Shown here in pieces: positions 19,053 through 28,745 of a stretch of DNA of 64,000 nt. The translations under genes and the position numbers were made by a program. The stretch covers positions 69,123 through 133,122 of the forward strand of contig JBFMAF010000013.1 in assembly GCA_040755995.1 (NCBI GenBank). The letters run 5' to 3'. The stretch is from Acidobacteriota bacterium. Its GTDB lineage: Bacteria; Acidobacteriota; CAIWXX01. The number at the start of each line of letters is the position of its first letter. Position 1 is the stretch's first letter. The notes under the pieces are model-generated. The model made no database searches, was not told the origin of the DNA, and saw only the letters and a list, made by a program, of their open reading frames with translations.

Positions 19053-20048
19053 ATGAGCCGTCGGGCCGGCCTGGACGCCGCCGACCTCGTGCGAGGTGTT
19101 CTCGGTCGTGATCGGTCGGTCCTGGGCCGAGCCATCACGCTGCTCGAAAGCGATCATCCAGGCGACCAGCAGACGGCCGAAGAGCTGCTCCTCAGTCTGC
19201 TGCCATACTCGGGCAAGTCGCACCGGATCGGTGTGAGCGGTGTGCCGGGAGCCGGCAAGAGCACGCTCATCGAGACACTCGGCAAGAACCTGACGAGCTC
19301 GGGGCACAGGGTCGCCGTGCTCGCGGTGGATCCCACGAGCAGCGTGAGCGGCGGGAGCGTCCTCGGAGACAAGACCCGGATGACTCGACTGGCCACGGAC
19401 CCGGACGCGTTCATCAGGCCGACGCCGAGCGGCGGGTCGACGGGCGGCGTGGCCAGGAGGACTCACGAGGCGATCGTGGTCTGCGAAGCCGCGGGGTTCG
19501 ACGTGATCTTCGTGGAGACGATGGGGGTCGGCCAATCGGAGGCCGCCGTGGCGCAGATGGTCGACTTTCTACTCGTCCTTGTACTGGCAGGCGCAGGAGA
19601 CGAGCTGCAGGGCATCAAACGAGGCATCCTGGAACACGCCGACATGCTGGTGGTGAACAAGGCCGACGGCGAGAACGAGTCACGCGCGGAGCGCGCGAGC
19701 CGCGAGTACCAGTCCGCCTGGCGGATACTCCGGCCGCCGCGCGCCGACTGGGACCCTGTGGTGCTCACGTGCAGCGCGATCAACAACCGCGGCCTCGACG
19801 CCCTATGGGCCAGGATCGAAGAGAGCCGCGCGCGACGGCTGGCATCGGGCGAGCTTGATAGCAGGCGCCAGAAACAGCGGCTGCACTGGACGTGGGCGAT
19901 CGCGGAGGCAGAGTTGTCGCGCGACTTCAGAAACGACGAGGCCGTACGGCAGCGCCTGCGCGAGCTCGATGCCGACTTGGCTGCCGGCAAGGTGACGCCG
20001 GCGACAGTCGCCAGAAGCCTGATCGCCGTGTTCCGGCAGCAGCGTTGA
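19053..20048 (+). CDS. meaB: MeaB/ArgK GTPase chaperone of methylmalonyl-CoA mutase
   Basis: GVPGAGKST, AVDPTS..SGGSVLGDKTRM, VETMGVGQSE, GDELQGIKRG, VNKAD. Confidence 0.93.
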   Translation: MSRRAGLDAADLVRGVLGRDRSVLGRAITLLESDHPGDQQTAEELLLSLLPYSGKSHRIGVSGVPGAGKSTLIETLGKNLTSSGHRVAVLAVDPTSSVSGGSVLGDKTRMTRLATDPDAFIRPTPSGGSTGGVARRTHEAIVVCEAAGFDVIFVETMGVGQSEAAVAQMVDFLLVLVLAGAGDELQGIKRGILEHADMLVVNKADGENESRAERASREYQSAWRILRPPRADWDPVVLTCSAINNRGLDALWARIEESRARRLASGELDSRRQKQRLHWTWAIAEAELSRDFRNDEAVRQRLRELDADLAAGKVTPATVARSLIAVFRQQR

Positions 20049-20151
20049 CGGCGGCGCCGCTCAGGCAAGGACTGCCCATACGCACCAGGGACTTCGCTTC
20101 TCCCTCGGCATGACACGCCGGCTCCGCAAGGTGGCAATCGAGGAGCGGCTC

Positions 20152-20664
20152 CTACATCCTGCTCAGTGCCAGCTTCGCCAGCTTTTCCGCCGCCTGCCGG
20201 TCCGCTTGTTCGCTGCCGAGTGCCACGTCGACGGAGAAGTAGACATCTCCTTTCAGCACGTGCAGCCCCGCACCGGCTTTGAGGCCGCTGCCGCCCCAGA
20301 ACGCCTTGTCACCGAAGCCGGTCAGCATCTGGACTCCGCTCAGCAGCCTGGCCGAATCTTCGAATAGCTTCGGTGCAGACATTCCGTTCTTTCTCATTCT
20401 TTCCGGCATCGCGGCTGTCTGATTCACCGAGATTTGCACGTACCGGACCTTGGTACCCTGCGCCGCAGGCGAGTAGTGAACGATCTTCTGGCCCATCGGA
20501 TTGGCGGTCGCCTCGGGGTCCTTGACCGGCGTCCCCAAGACCGCCTCGGCGTCCGCCTTGGTCAGGAGCACTGCGGGATCCACGAGGGCGCCCGCCCCCC
20601 AACTCGAAACCGCCATCAGTCCCACCAGAATGGCCGGAGCCACGATGAACTTCCCTTTCAGCAC
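20152..20664 (-). CDS. secreted hypothetical protein
   Basis: AAGGAG 6 nt before the GTG; signal peptide; LLTKADAEAVLG...GFGDKAFW...LHVLKGD pattern. Confidence 0.7.
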   Translation of the reverse strand: MLKGKFIVAPAILVGLMAVSSWGAGALVDPAVLLTKADAEAVLGTPVKDPEATANPMGQKIVHYSPAAQGTKVRYVQISVNQTAAMPERMRKNGMSAPKLFEDSARLLSGVQMLTGFGDKAFWGGSGLKAGAGLHVLKGDVYFSVDVALGSEQADRQAAEKLAKLALSRM

Positions 20665-21237
20665 GATCAACTCCTTTCGGCTCGGGTTCTTTGCCAATTC
20701 GAGACACGACCGAATTGTAGCATTGTTGTGCCGCTGGGCGCACTGCCAACTCCTGGCCAACACCGGATGCCGCGTCGTAAGCGGGCGTTCGCGCGGCATG
20801 GGCCGACTGCACACCGCACCCTCCGCGCGTCAATGCAGGTATGGCTTCACGTACGCAGAGACGATGCCGCGGGTTTCGGGGTTCTCGCCAGCTTGACAAT
20901 GCATCTTGTGCGGTCTACAGTTGCCGATAGAAATGCACCAACGGCGGGCCTGAAGGTCGGTGGTAGTGCTCTCGAGTCTGCGCATGGTTCCCCGCACGGG
21001 AGAGCGGAGTAGGACGGGTGGCATCGCTAGTGAGCGGTCCGGCACCGTGGAGTCCAATTCGGTGTCTCCGCGCGCCTGCCGGAGTTGCTCGATTGCATGC
21101 GATCCGTGCTCTGCTCGGCGTCTGTGCACGGAGGTTGAGCTCACTCACGGCCTCTGCCCCAAGTGCGTGGAGAAGCCGTACCTACGCTTCAAGCTGAAAT
21201 CGGAAAGGGCCGAGCCGAAGGGAGGTGCGACACGGGG

Positions 21238-24200
21238 GTGAACGCGAGGAAGACGATGCCATCAACCTGGCTGATGCTCGCTCTCGCCGCGTTGACCATC
21301 GGCCTGGTAGTCGTCCAAGGGGTGCAAATGGACCGGGCCGTCCAGCAGGAGGTCGTGGCCCGCTTCAGCGAGCGCCAGTTGATGCTGGTCGAGCAGACCG
21401 CTGCCAGCATCCAGGCGGACTTCGACGAGGTCCAACGGGACCTCCTGTATCTCAGGAGCGCCACTAGCAGCACAGCGGGCCTGGCCGACACGCTGGCGAT
21501 GAAGGACAAAGAAGGGAGAGCCCGGTGGAAGAGGGCGATCGAGCAGAACCTGCTCGCCTATCTCTCCTCCCACACGATCTATGCGCAGATCCGCTACGTC
21601 GATTCCAGCGGGCTGGAAATCCTGGGAGTGGATACCGACGGCCAGACCGTGCGCGTCATACCCGATGGGGAACTGCGGCAACAGGCAGGGCGGGATTTCT
21701 TCCGTGCGACTATGAACCTCGGCGCGGGGGAGGTCTATGTCTCCCGGCCGGAGCCAGCGTTGGGCCACGGCCGCGTCGGCGTCGGCCTGCCGGCTGTGCG
21801 CTTCGCCACACTCGTCTTGGACAGCCAGGGCCGGCGGCAAGGCATGATTGTCATCAACCTGATGGCCGACAAGATACGCGCACACATCGCCCACTTGAGC
21901 ACTGTGGAGGGATTGGATGCCTGGGTGCTGGACGAGAATGGCATCGAGATCATCAACATGGCTCATCCTGAAAGAGAGGGCAGCAATGCGTACGAGTATT
22001 GCAGACAGACTGGGGACAGGACCCTGATAGCGTTGACCGAGGACATGCGTACCGGCGGCGAGGGGGTGCGGACCTATCTCTGGCCCGAGCAGATGGGCGG
22101 GCCCCTGGCGGTGATGAAGCTGGTGGCCTTCTCCCCGGTCCACCCGGCGGAGGGTCGTGTGTGGTCAGTGGGCACCTCGGTGACGTACGAGAGCATCCTC
22201 GCCGCGCACCGCCGGGGCCGCACCGGCGTGCTCTTGCTGGGAGGATGCATAGTCCTCGCCATTCTGCTCGTGGCGGCTGTGGCCGTGTGGTCCGGCCGCC
22301 AACGTGCAGCCGCTGAGGAGCGAGCGCGCCTCAGCAGTGTGCTTTCCCGTCGGAATGAGGAACTCGAGGCACTGCGAGAGACCTCCCTTGCGATCACATC
22401 TCAACTGGGCCTCGACGGACTCCTCCAGAACATCGTCAAACAGGGTTGCCGCCTGCTGGGCAGCGAGCGGGGGAGCATCTACCTCGTGGACGAGGCAAGT
22501 GGACACCTCAAGTTGGCCGTGAGCCAGGGCCACACGCGCGACTACGCTGGCTTGCACCTGGAGCCCGGTGAGGGCATTGCGGGCCGGGTGCTCCAAAGTG
22601 GCGCGCCGTTGGCCGTGGACGACTACCGTCATTGGGAAGGACGGTCGCGGGGGGCTGAACCGCTCTCTGCCGCCCTCGGCGCCCCCCTCAAGCACGGGGA
22701 GGAGGTCATCGGCGTTCTTGGGTTCGCCAGGACCACGCGAGGCGAGAGCTTCGACGAGCACGATATCTGGCTTGCTACGCTCTTCGCCAGCCAGGCTGCG
22801 GTGGCCATCGAGAACGCGCGGCTGTACGAGCAGTCGCAGCGAGAGATCACCGAGCGAAAACAGGCAGAAGAGGAGATCCGCATCGAGCGGGACAAGGTCC
22901 AGGGCGTTCTTGCCGCTATTGGCGATGGCGTGGACGTTACCACGTACGACTACCGGGTGCTCTATGCCAACGACAATCTCAAGAAGATCGTAGGCAAGGA
23001 TAGACTCGTCGGCCAACTGTGCTACCAGGTCTTCGTGGGCCGGGATGCCCCTTGTGAAAGGTGCCCCATGAGAAGGGCGATAGAGCACGGGAGGATCGAG
23101 ATTGAGGAGATCCTCCAGCCCAATGGGAGAACCGTGGAAGTGAGCGCTTCTCCCTTGAAGCTGCCCTCAGGCGAGATGGCGGCAATCGAGATCGCCAAGG
23201 ACATCACCGGTCGCAAGCAGGCCGAGGCCGAGCTGCGACAGCTGAAGGAGTTCAACGAGAGCATCATCCAGAGCATGTCCGAGGGCATCGTAGTAGATGA
23301 TGCTGACGGGTACCTGACCTTCGTCAACCCGGCTGCAGCGGCAATGCTGGGATATGCGCCCCAGGAGTTGGTTGGCCAGCACTGGAGGATCACAGTGCCT
23401 CCTGACCAGGGGCACATCGTGCGGGCCGCCGATGAGCGGCGCATGCGCGGCGAAGCCGACCGATACGAGCTGGAGCTCGTTCGTAAGGACGGCCAGCGGC
23501 TTTGCATCTTGGTGAGCGGGAGCCCTCGATTCGAGGCAGATCGTTTTGTCGGCACCTTCGCTGTGTTCAGCGACATCACGGAGCGCAAGCGCGCCGAGGA
23601 GTGGGTGCGGCAGCAGGACAGGCTGGCCGCTGTCGGCCAGCTGGCCGCAGGAATAGCCCACGACTTCAACAACCTCCTGACAGGCATCATCGGCTACGCC
23701 CAACTACTGCAGGGAGAGCCGGGCATCTCTGATCGTGCCAGAGGAAAAGCGAATCTCATCGCGCAGCAGGGGCTGCGCGCTTCGCACCTGGTGCGCCAGA
23801 TCTTGGACTTCAGCCGCCAGACGGTAATCCACCGGCACCCGTTGGACTTGGCACCCTTCCTTCAGGAAACCTGCAAGCTGTTGCAGCGCACCTTCCCCGA
23901 GAACATCCGGCTCTTGTTGGAGACGGAGCCGGGGCCGCAGGTGATCCTCGGCGATCCCACCCAAGTCCAGGAAGTGGTCGCTAACCTGGCGCTGAACGCG
24001 CGCGACGCCATGCCTGCCGGGGGCGAGCTGCGTATCCGCCTGTCTCCCCTCTCGCTGCATGCGGGTGACAGGGTCCCAGTCCCCGAAATGGCGCCCGGCG
24101 AATGGATCACCTTGGCGATCTCGGATACGGGGACAGGGATTGCGCCCGCCGTGCTCCCTCGGATCTTCGAGCCCTTTTTCACCACCAAGGCGCCGGGGGC

Positions 24201-24741
24201 CGGAACCGGCCTGGGCTTGGCGCAGGTGCACGGCATCGTCAAACAGCACAATGGGTACATCGGCGTTGAAAGCCGGGTCGGACAAGGCGCAACGTTCACA
24301 ATCTATCTGCCAGCGATTCGAGACGGCCGTGGGAGTTCACCGCAGGCGCCGAGACTGGAGGAGGCTGTTGGCGGGCGGGGCGAGGTTATTCTGCTGGTTG
24401 AGAACGAGCCGGCTGTGCTTGAGGTACTCCGGCAGATGCTGGCGCAAATGGGGTATCGTGTGCTGACGGCGACAGACGGTGAGGAAGCCCTGGCAGTCTA
24501 TCGTCAGCGCAGCAAGGAGATCGCGCTGGTCCTGACCGACCTAATCATGCCGCGGATGGATGGAGCGATGTTGCTGCGGGCGTTGCGAGCGGAGGACCCC
24601 CAGGTGAAGGTCGTGGCTATGACGGGCTATCCGCTCGGGGACGGTCATGGACAGCTTCTTGCCGAGGAAGTCGTGGACTGGGTGCAGAAGCCGATAGACA
24701 ACGCCCTCCTGGCGCTGGCCCTGCGCCGTGCCCTCGGATAG
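21238..24741 (+). CDS. hybrid sensor histidine kinase (TM-Cache-TM-GAF-PAS-PAS-HisKA-HATPase-REC)
   Basis: YAQIRYVD, AAVAIENARLY, two DIT.RK PAC ends, GIAHDFNNLL, NLALNARDAM, FEPFFTTK, GTGLGL, TDLIMPRMDG. Start is GTG 21238 or ATG 21256. Confidence 0.92.
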   Translation: MNARKTMPSTWLMLALAALTIGLVVVQGVQMDRAVQQEVVARFSERQLMLVEQTAASIQADFDEVQRDLLYLRSATSSTAGLADTLAMKDKEGRARWKRAIEQNLLAYLSSHTIYAQIRYVDSSGLEILGVDTDGQTVRVIPDGELRQQAGRDFFRATMNLGAGEVYVSRPEPALGHGRVGVGLPAVRFATLVLDSQGRRQGMIVINLMADKIRAHIAHLSTVEGLDAWVLDENGIEIINMAHPEREGSNAYEYCRQTGDRTLIALTEDMRTGGEGVRTYLWPEQMGGPLAVMKLVAFSPVHPAEGRVWSVGTSVTYESILAAHRRGRTGVLLLGGCIVLAILLVAAVAVWSGRQRAAAEERARLSSVLSRRNEELEALRETSLAITSQLGLDGLLQNIVKQGCRLLGSERGSIYLVDEASGHLKLAVSQGHTRDYAGLHLEPGEGIAGRVLQSGAPLAVDDYRHWEGRSRGAEPLSAALGAPLKHGEEVIGVLGFARTTRGESFDEHDIWLATLFASQAAVAIENARLYEQSQREITERKQAEEEIRIERDKVQGVLAAIGDGVDVTTYDYRVLYANDNLKKIVGKDRLVGQLCYQVFVGRDAPCERCPMRRAIEHGRIEIEEILQPNGRTVEVSASPLKLPSGEMAAIEIAKDITGRKQAEAELRQLKEFNESIIQSMSEGIVVDDADGYLTFVNPAAAAMLGYAPQELVGQHWRITVPPDQGHIVRAADERRMRGEADRYELELVRKDGQRLCILVSGSPRFEADRFVGTFAVFSDITERKRAEEWVRQQDRLAAVGQLAAGIAHDFNNLLTGIIGYAQLLQGEPGISDRARGKANLIAQQGLRASHLVRQILDFSRQTVIHRHPLDLAPFLQETCKLLQRTFPENIRLLLETEPGPQVILGDPTQVQEVVANLALNARDAMPAGGELRIRLSPLSLHAGDRVPVPEMAPGEWITLAISDTGTGIAPAVLPRIFEPFFTTKAPGAGTGLGLAQVHGIVKQHNGYIGVESRVGQGATFTIYLPAIRDGRGSSPQAPRLEEAVGGRGEVILLVENEPAVLEVLRQMLAQMGYRVLTATDGEEALAVYRQRSKEIALVLTDLIMPRMDGAMLLRALRAEDPQVKVVAMTGYPLGDGHGQLLAEEVVDWVQKPIDNALLALALRRALG

Positions 24742-24775
24742 CGGGGCGCTCAGCAGGTCCGGTCGGCGCCCCGCT
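24740..24775 (+). terminator. GC-rich hairpin after the kinase stop
   Basis: agcggggcgc...gcgccccgct, a 10-bp inverted repeat; there is no U-tract. Confidence 0.4.
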
Positions 24776-24844
24776 GACAACAGCGCAGTCCAAGCCTGAG
24801 CACCATCTACCGCTCCAGACTCGTTGTTCGTCACCCTGGATCGT

Positions 24845-24873
24845 TTGACACAGCGGAGCAAGGGCCGGATAAT
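24845..24873 (+). promoter_or_regulatory. sigma70-type promoter upstream of ackA-pta
   Basis: TTGACA, 17 bp, GATAAT. Confidence 0.6.
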
Positions 24874-25054
24874 ACAATTCGCCTTGGTGATTGAGCTCCC
24901 GGACACTGGCAATCGAGAGGATGATGGCGATGCGCGATCCGAGACCCGGGCGGGGCTTTCTGGTGATCTCACGCATGGGCCGCGCTGATCACACCCAGGC
25001 GATTCAATCAGGTCCGAATCCGGATTCTTGCATCCTTCTTCAAGGAGTCATCAA

Positions 25055-26302
25055 ATGAATATCTTCGTGCTGAATTGCGGCAGCTCTTCGTTGAAGTTTC
25101 AGATCATCGAGACGGATCTCGAGAAGATCAAGATCGACGAGGACCGGCAGCTGGCCAAAGGGCTGATCGAACGCGTGGGAAGCCAGGCTGTGGTCACATT
25201 CCAGGTAGTGGGGCAGCCTCCGGTCAAGCAGGCGCTGCCCCTGCGCGATCACCGTCTCGCTCTTAGCCACGCGGTCAGGTGGATCACGGCACCGGAGACG
25301 CAGATCCCGGGGGTCAAGGCGATCGAGGACATCTATGCGGTCGGCCACCGGGTGGTGCACGGTGGCGAGCGGTTCACTCGCTCCGTGAAAATAGACCAGG
25401 AGGTAATCACGGGGATCGAAGACTGCATCGACCTCGCGCCTCTCCATAACCCGGCGAATTTGAAGGGTGTCTATGCATCGCGCGACCTGTTCGGGCCGGC
25501 TGTGCCTCAGGTTGCCGTGTTCGACACGGCCTTCCACTCCACCATGCCCGAGACATCGTACCTCTACGCCATACCGTATCCGCTGTACAAGAGATTCAAG
25601 ATCCGCAAGTATGGGTTCCACGGGACCTCGCACCGGTACGTCGCATACAGGTATCGGAAGATGAACGGCCTGGAGCGCGAGCAGACGAACATCATCACGT
25701 TGCACCTCGGCAACGGCTCCTCGGCGTGCGCCATCAAGGACGGCGAGTCCGTCGACACCTCCATGGGAATGACACCGCTGGACGGCCTGATGATGGGAAC
25801 GCGCTCCGGCGACCTCGACCCCACCGTCATCGACTACCTCATGCACAAGGAGGGGACGACGGTCGACGAGGTGCTCTCGGTGCTGAACAAGAGCTCGGGA
25901 ATTCTCGGCATCTCCGGCCTGACCAACGACATGCGCGATCTGTTGAGCGAGATCGATGAGCATCAGGACAGGCGCGCGAATCTTGCGGTGGACATGTTCT
26001 GCAACCGGATCAAGAAGTATGTCGGCGCGTACCTCGCCGAGATGGACGGCGCCGACGCCGTCTGCTTCACGGGCGGCATCGGAGAGAATGCGGTGGAAGT
26101 CCGCAGAAGGATCTGCTCGGGGCTCGGCTGGACGGGCATCAAGCTCGACGACGAGCTCAACCGCCAGGCGGTGGCCGGCAAGGAAATGCTGATCAGCGCG
26201 CCGGACAGCCGCGTGAAGCTCTATGTAATCCCGACCAACGAAGAGCTCCTGATAGCCAGGGACACCCTGAGAGTCGTGCTCGATGTGCCTAGAGTGTGGT
26301 AG
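25055..26302 (+). CDS. ackA: acetate kinase
   Basis: VLNCGSSSLKFQ, GHRVVHGG, LAPLHNP, YGFHGTSH, FTGGIGEN, IPTNEEL; AAGGAG RBS. Confidence 0.96.
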   Translation: MNIFVLNCGSSSLKFQIIETDLEKIKIDEDRQLAKGLIERVGSQAVVTFQVVGQPPVKQALPLRDHRLALSHAVRWITAPETQIPGVKAIEDIYAVGHRVVHGGERFTRSVKIDQEVITGIEDCIDLAPLHNPANLKGVYASRDLFGPAVPQVAVFDTAFHSTMPETSYLYAIPYPLYKRFKIRKYGFHGTSHRYVAYRYRKMNGLEREQTNIITLHLGNGSSACAIKDGESVDTSMGMTPLDGLMMGTRSGDLDPTVIDYLMHKEGTTVDEVLSVLNKSSGILGISGLTNDMRDLLSEIDEHQDRRANLAVDMFCNRIKKYVGAYLAEMDGADAVCFTGGIGENAVEVRRRICSGLGWTGIKLDDELNRQAVAGKEMLISAPDSRVKLYVIPTNEELLIARDTLRVVLDVPRVW

Positions 26303-26409
26303 GGGAAAGGCAGAAGGGGCGCGGTTTCCCCGCGTAGTTCATCTTGCCTCGTTCACGCGCAATGGCAGCGGGGAGTAACATTGGGGAGAAACGCCACATT
26401 GGAGGAATC

Positions 26410-27387
26410 ATGAGTCAGAATTTCGTAAGCGACATACGCCGGAAGGCAGCGGCGCGGCATCTTCGGGTGGCGTTGCCGGATGCCAATGACATCCGGGCGA
26501 TTAAGGCGGCGATCGAGCTCAAGAGGGAACGCATCGCCGTGCCACTGCTGGTGGGTAGTGCCCGCGAGATCGAGGACGTGGCCAAGGCGAACGGGATTTC
26601 GATCGCCGATCTGGAGATCGCCGATCCGGCTACCTCGACTCACCGCGAGAAGCTCGCGAACGTGCTTTACGAGAAGCGTAAGGCCAAGGGGATGACGCCG
26701 GAGGCCGCAGCAAAGACGGCGTTGAATCAGCTGTACTTCGCCGGACTTCTGCTGGACGCCGACGAGGTGCAGGCCTGCGTCGGCGGCAATATCGCCGCCA
26801 CAGGCGATCTGCTGCGCGCCGCAATCCATACGGTCGGCGTGGCCACTGGGATCTCGATCGTGAGCAGCTACTTCATCATGGTCCTCGCCGACAGGCTGCT
26901 CTGCTTCGCCGACTGCGCCGTGGTGCCCGAACCGGATGAGGCCCAGCTCTGCGACATCGCAATCAGCTCGGCGAGAAACTTCCAGGCCGTCACCGGTGAA
27001 GAGCCGCGAGTCGCCATGCTGTCGTTCTCGACGAAGGGCAGCGCCGAGCACCCGCGAGTCGAAAAGGTCCAAAAGGCGGCGAAGCTCCTCCGCGAGCGCG
27101 CCCCGGAGATCCCGTCGGACGGGGAGCTCCAGGTCGACTCCGCCCTGGTCGCATCCGTCGGACTGCGGAAATGCCCAGGGTCGCCAGTGGCCGGGAAGGC
27201 CAACGTGCTCATTTTCCCGGACCTGGATTCCGGCAACATCGGGTACAAGCTGACGCAGAGGCTGGCAGGCGCCGAGGCCATCGGGCCGATCGTGCAGGGG
27301 CTACGCAAACCCTACTGCGATCTCTCTCGCGGCTGCAGCGTTGACGACATGATCAACGTCGCCGCCATCTGCAGCCTCATGGCGTGA
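26410..27387 (+). CDS. pta: phosphate acetyltransferase (short form)
   Basis: FADCAV, AMLSFSTKGSA, DGELQVD, ANVLIFPDLDSGNIGYK, DLSRGCS; GGAGG RBS. Confidence 0.95.
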   Translation: MSQNFVSDIRRKAAARHLRVALPDANDIRAIKAAIELKRERIAVPLLVGSAREIEDVAKANGISIADLEIADPATSTHREKLANVLYEKRKAKGMTPEAAAKTALNQLYFAGLLLDADEVQACVGGNIAATGDLLRAAIHTVGVATGISIVSSYFIMVLADRLLCFADCAVVPEPDEAQLCDIAISSARNFQAVTGEEPRVAMLSFSTKGSAEHPRVEKVQKAAKLLRERAPEIPSDGELQVDSALVASVGLRKCPGSPVAGKANVLIFPDLDSGNIGYKLTQRLAGAEAIGPIVQGLRKPYCDLSRGCSVDDMINVAAICSLMA

Positions 27388-27557
27388 GGCACTTGCCGGC
27401 GCTCCAGGCTTGAGGACGGGCGACCACTACGCTTCGCGATTTCTTGATGTCCCCGGCGCGGAGGCGCTGAGAACGATCACGAAACGCCGGCGCTTTCGCC
27501 GGTGTCCCTTGTCATCGCTCAGCGTCGTGTGTATGAGGCGCTGGCTGAGCCGCCGTC

Positions 27558-28328
27558 TCAGCGTGCGTCACCCATCCGTCTCAGTCGCTCCTCAAGCTCC
27601 GCCACCCGCGCCTCGGCTCCCAGGCGACGAGCTGCCTCCTCAGCCGCGCGGCGCTCCGCCTCGATTCGCGCAATCGTCTCTTCTTCCGGAGTCGGAATCC
27701 ACCTGGCGCTAGCCGGATCGTACAGCCGCATCACGTGCGGCATCTCGGGATCATCATGCGGCCACGACCAGAGCTCCAAACCCAGAACTCGGCTGCTCAA
27801 TCCCAGCTCCCCTCGCTGATCCTCAAGGTGGGGAATCGCCGAATAGAACCTGCCGTCCAGCCGGAACCCTTGAAGGTGCGGCCGGAAATGCTTCCCCTCC
27901 GGATCGAACAGAAAGTACTCTGTGACCTGCAGGCCCTGATACAGGCCCAACTTCCAGCCCAGGCCGGCGCGCCATGAGTTTGGTGACGCGATCTCGAAAA
28001 CCACGTCCGGCGCTTTCCCTTCCTCCCAGATCAGATAGGTCCGTCGTGTCCGCTTCGGCACACCGCAGGCCAGGAAAACATCCGGGGCGACACTCTTGCC
28101 CGGGTCTCCTTGCTCGTAATAGACGAGCAGATCAGAGCCGACGTAGACGTCGGCTCGGTCTCTGAAGTGGAGTTCCAGCGAGAAGCGGGTCCGGACAATG
28201 CTTCGATACTGCTGATCATTCTCGGCCATCGGCTTTCCATCCGAATCGGGGTAGACAATCCCGTTCTCGTCAATGATCGACTGAAGTGGGGGCAGCGCCG
28301 GATCCGCTTCGGCTCTCGTGGTGCTCAC
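27558..28328 (-). CDS. Uma2 (DUF820) family endonuclease
   Basis: YPDSDGKPMAEN, VAPDVF, PDVVFEIAS, EYFLFDP; coiled-coil tail; GGAGGAG RBS. Confidence 0.88.
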   Translation of the reverse strand: MSTTRAEADPALPPLQSIIDENGIVYPDSDGKPMAENDQQYRSIVRTRFSLELHFRDRADVYVGSDLLVYYEQGDPGKSVAPDVFLACGVPKRTRRTYLIWEEGKAPDVVFEIASPNSWRAGLGWKLGLYQGLQVTEYFLFDPEGKHFRPHLQGFRLDGRFYSAIPHLEDQRGELGLSSRVLGLELWSWPHDDPEMPHVMRLYDPASARWIPTPEEETIARIEAERRAAEEAARRLGAEARVAELEERLRRMGDAR

Positions 28329-28745
28329 GCTATCTCCTCCAACCTCAAGCTGCGATCACTATACTTCCATGTGGAGGCGGTTTCAAGGCCGCGCCACTCG
28401 CACTCGCACAGGAAGAGGGGTGGTCAGCCTTTGGCGTCTGTCAACTCAGCGCCGGGGCCGCGACAGAGAGGAATCAGGGATGCAACGCCTCAAACCGACG
28501 AGAGGTGGCCTCGCCTCGAAAGACCAAGGCTGAGGGTCGAAAGTCGATAGCCCGACGCAGCAACCACTCCGGCGGTCGCCACCTGCCCCGCGAGCAAGAC
28601 AAGAGATTCAACCTTGCGGGTTTGCAAGACTTTTCTTGAGCCCCCCGGATGCAGAGTCGAAGCGCTGGCGATGGCACACCGCCGTCCGGAGCCCAATGAC
28701 TACGCGGCCGCGATAACCCCGGTGACGCCCACGGCACACGCACGA

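Noticed and set aside
24385..24741. Receiver domain with EN in place of the usual ED acidic pair, as a possible pseudo-receiver
   Set aside because: The phospho-accepting Asp, the Thr and the KP motif are all intact; a single substitution is not enough evidence.
28340..28745. 400-bp gap with faint resemblance to an IS200/REP-associated transposase relic or a structured RNA
   Set aside because: No HUH motif or intact frame and no recognisable RNA family; the similarity is too weak to support by eye.
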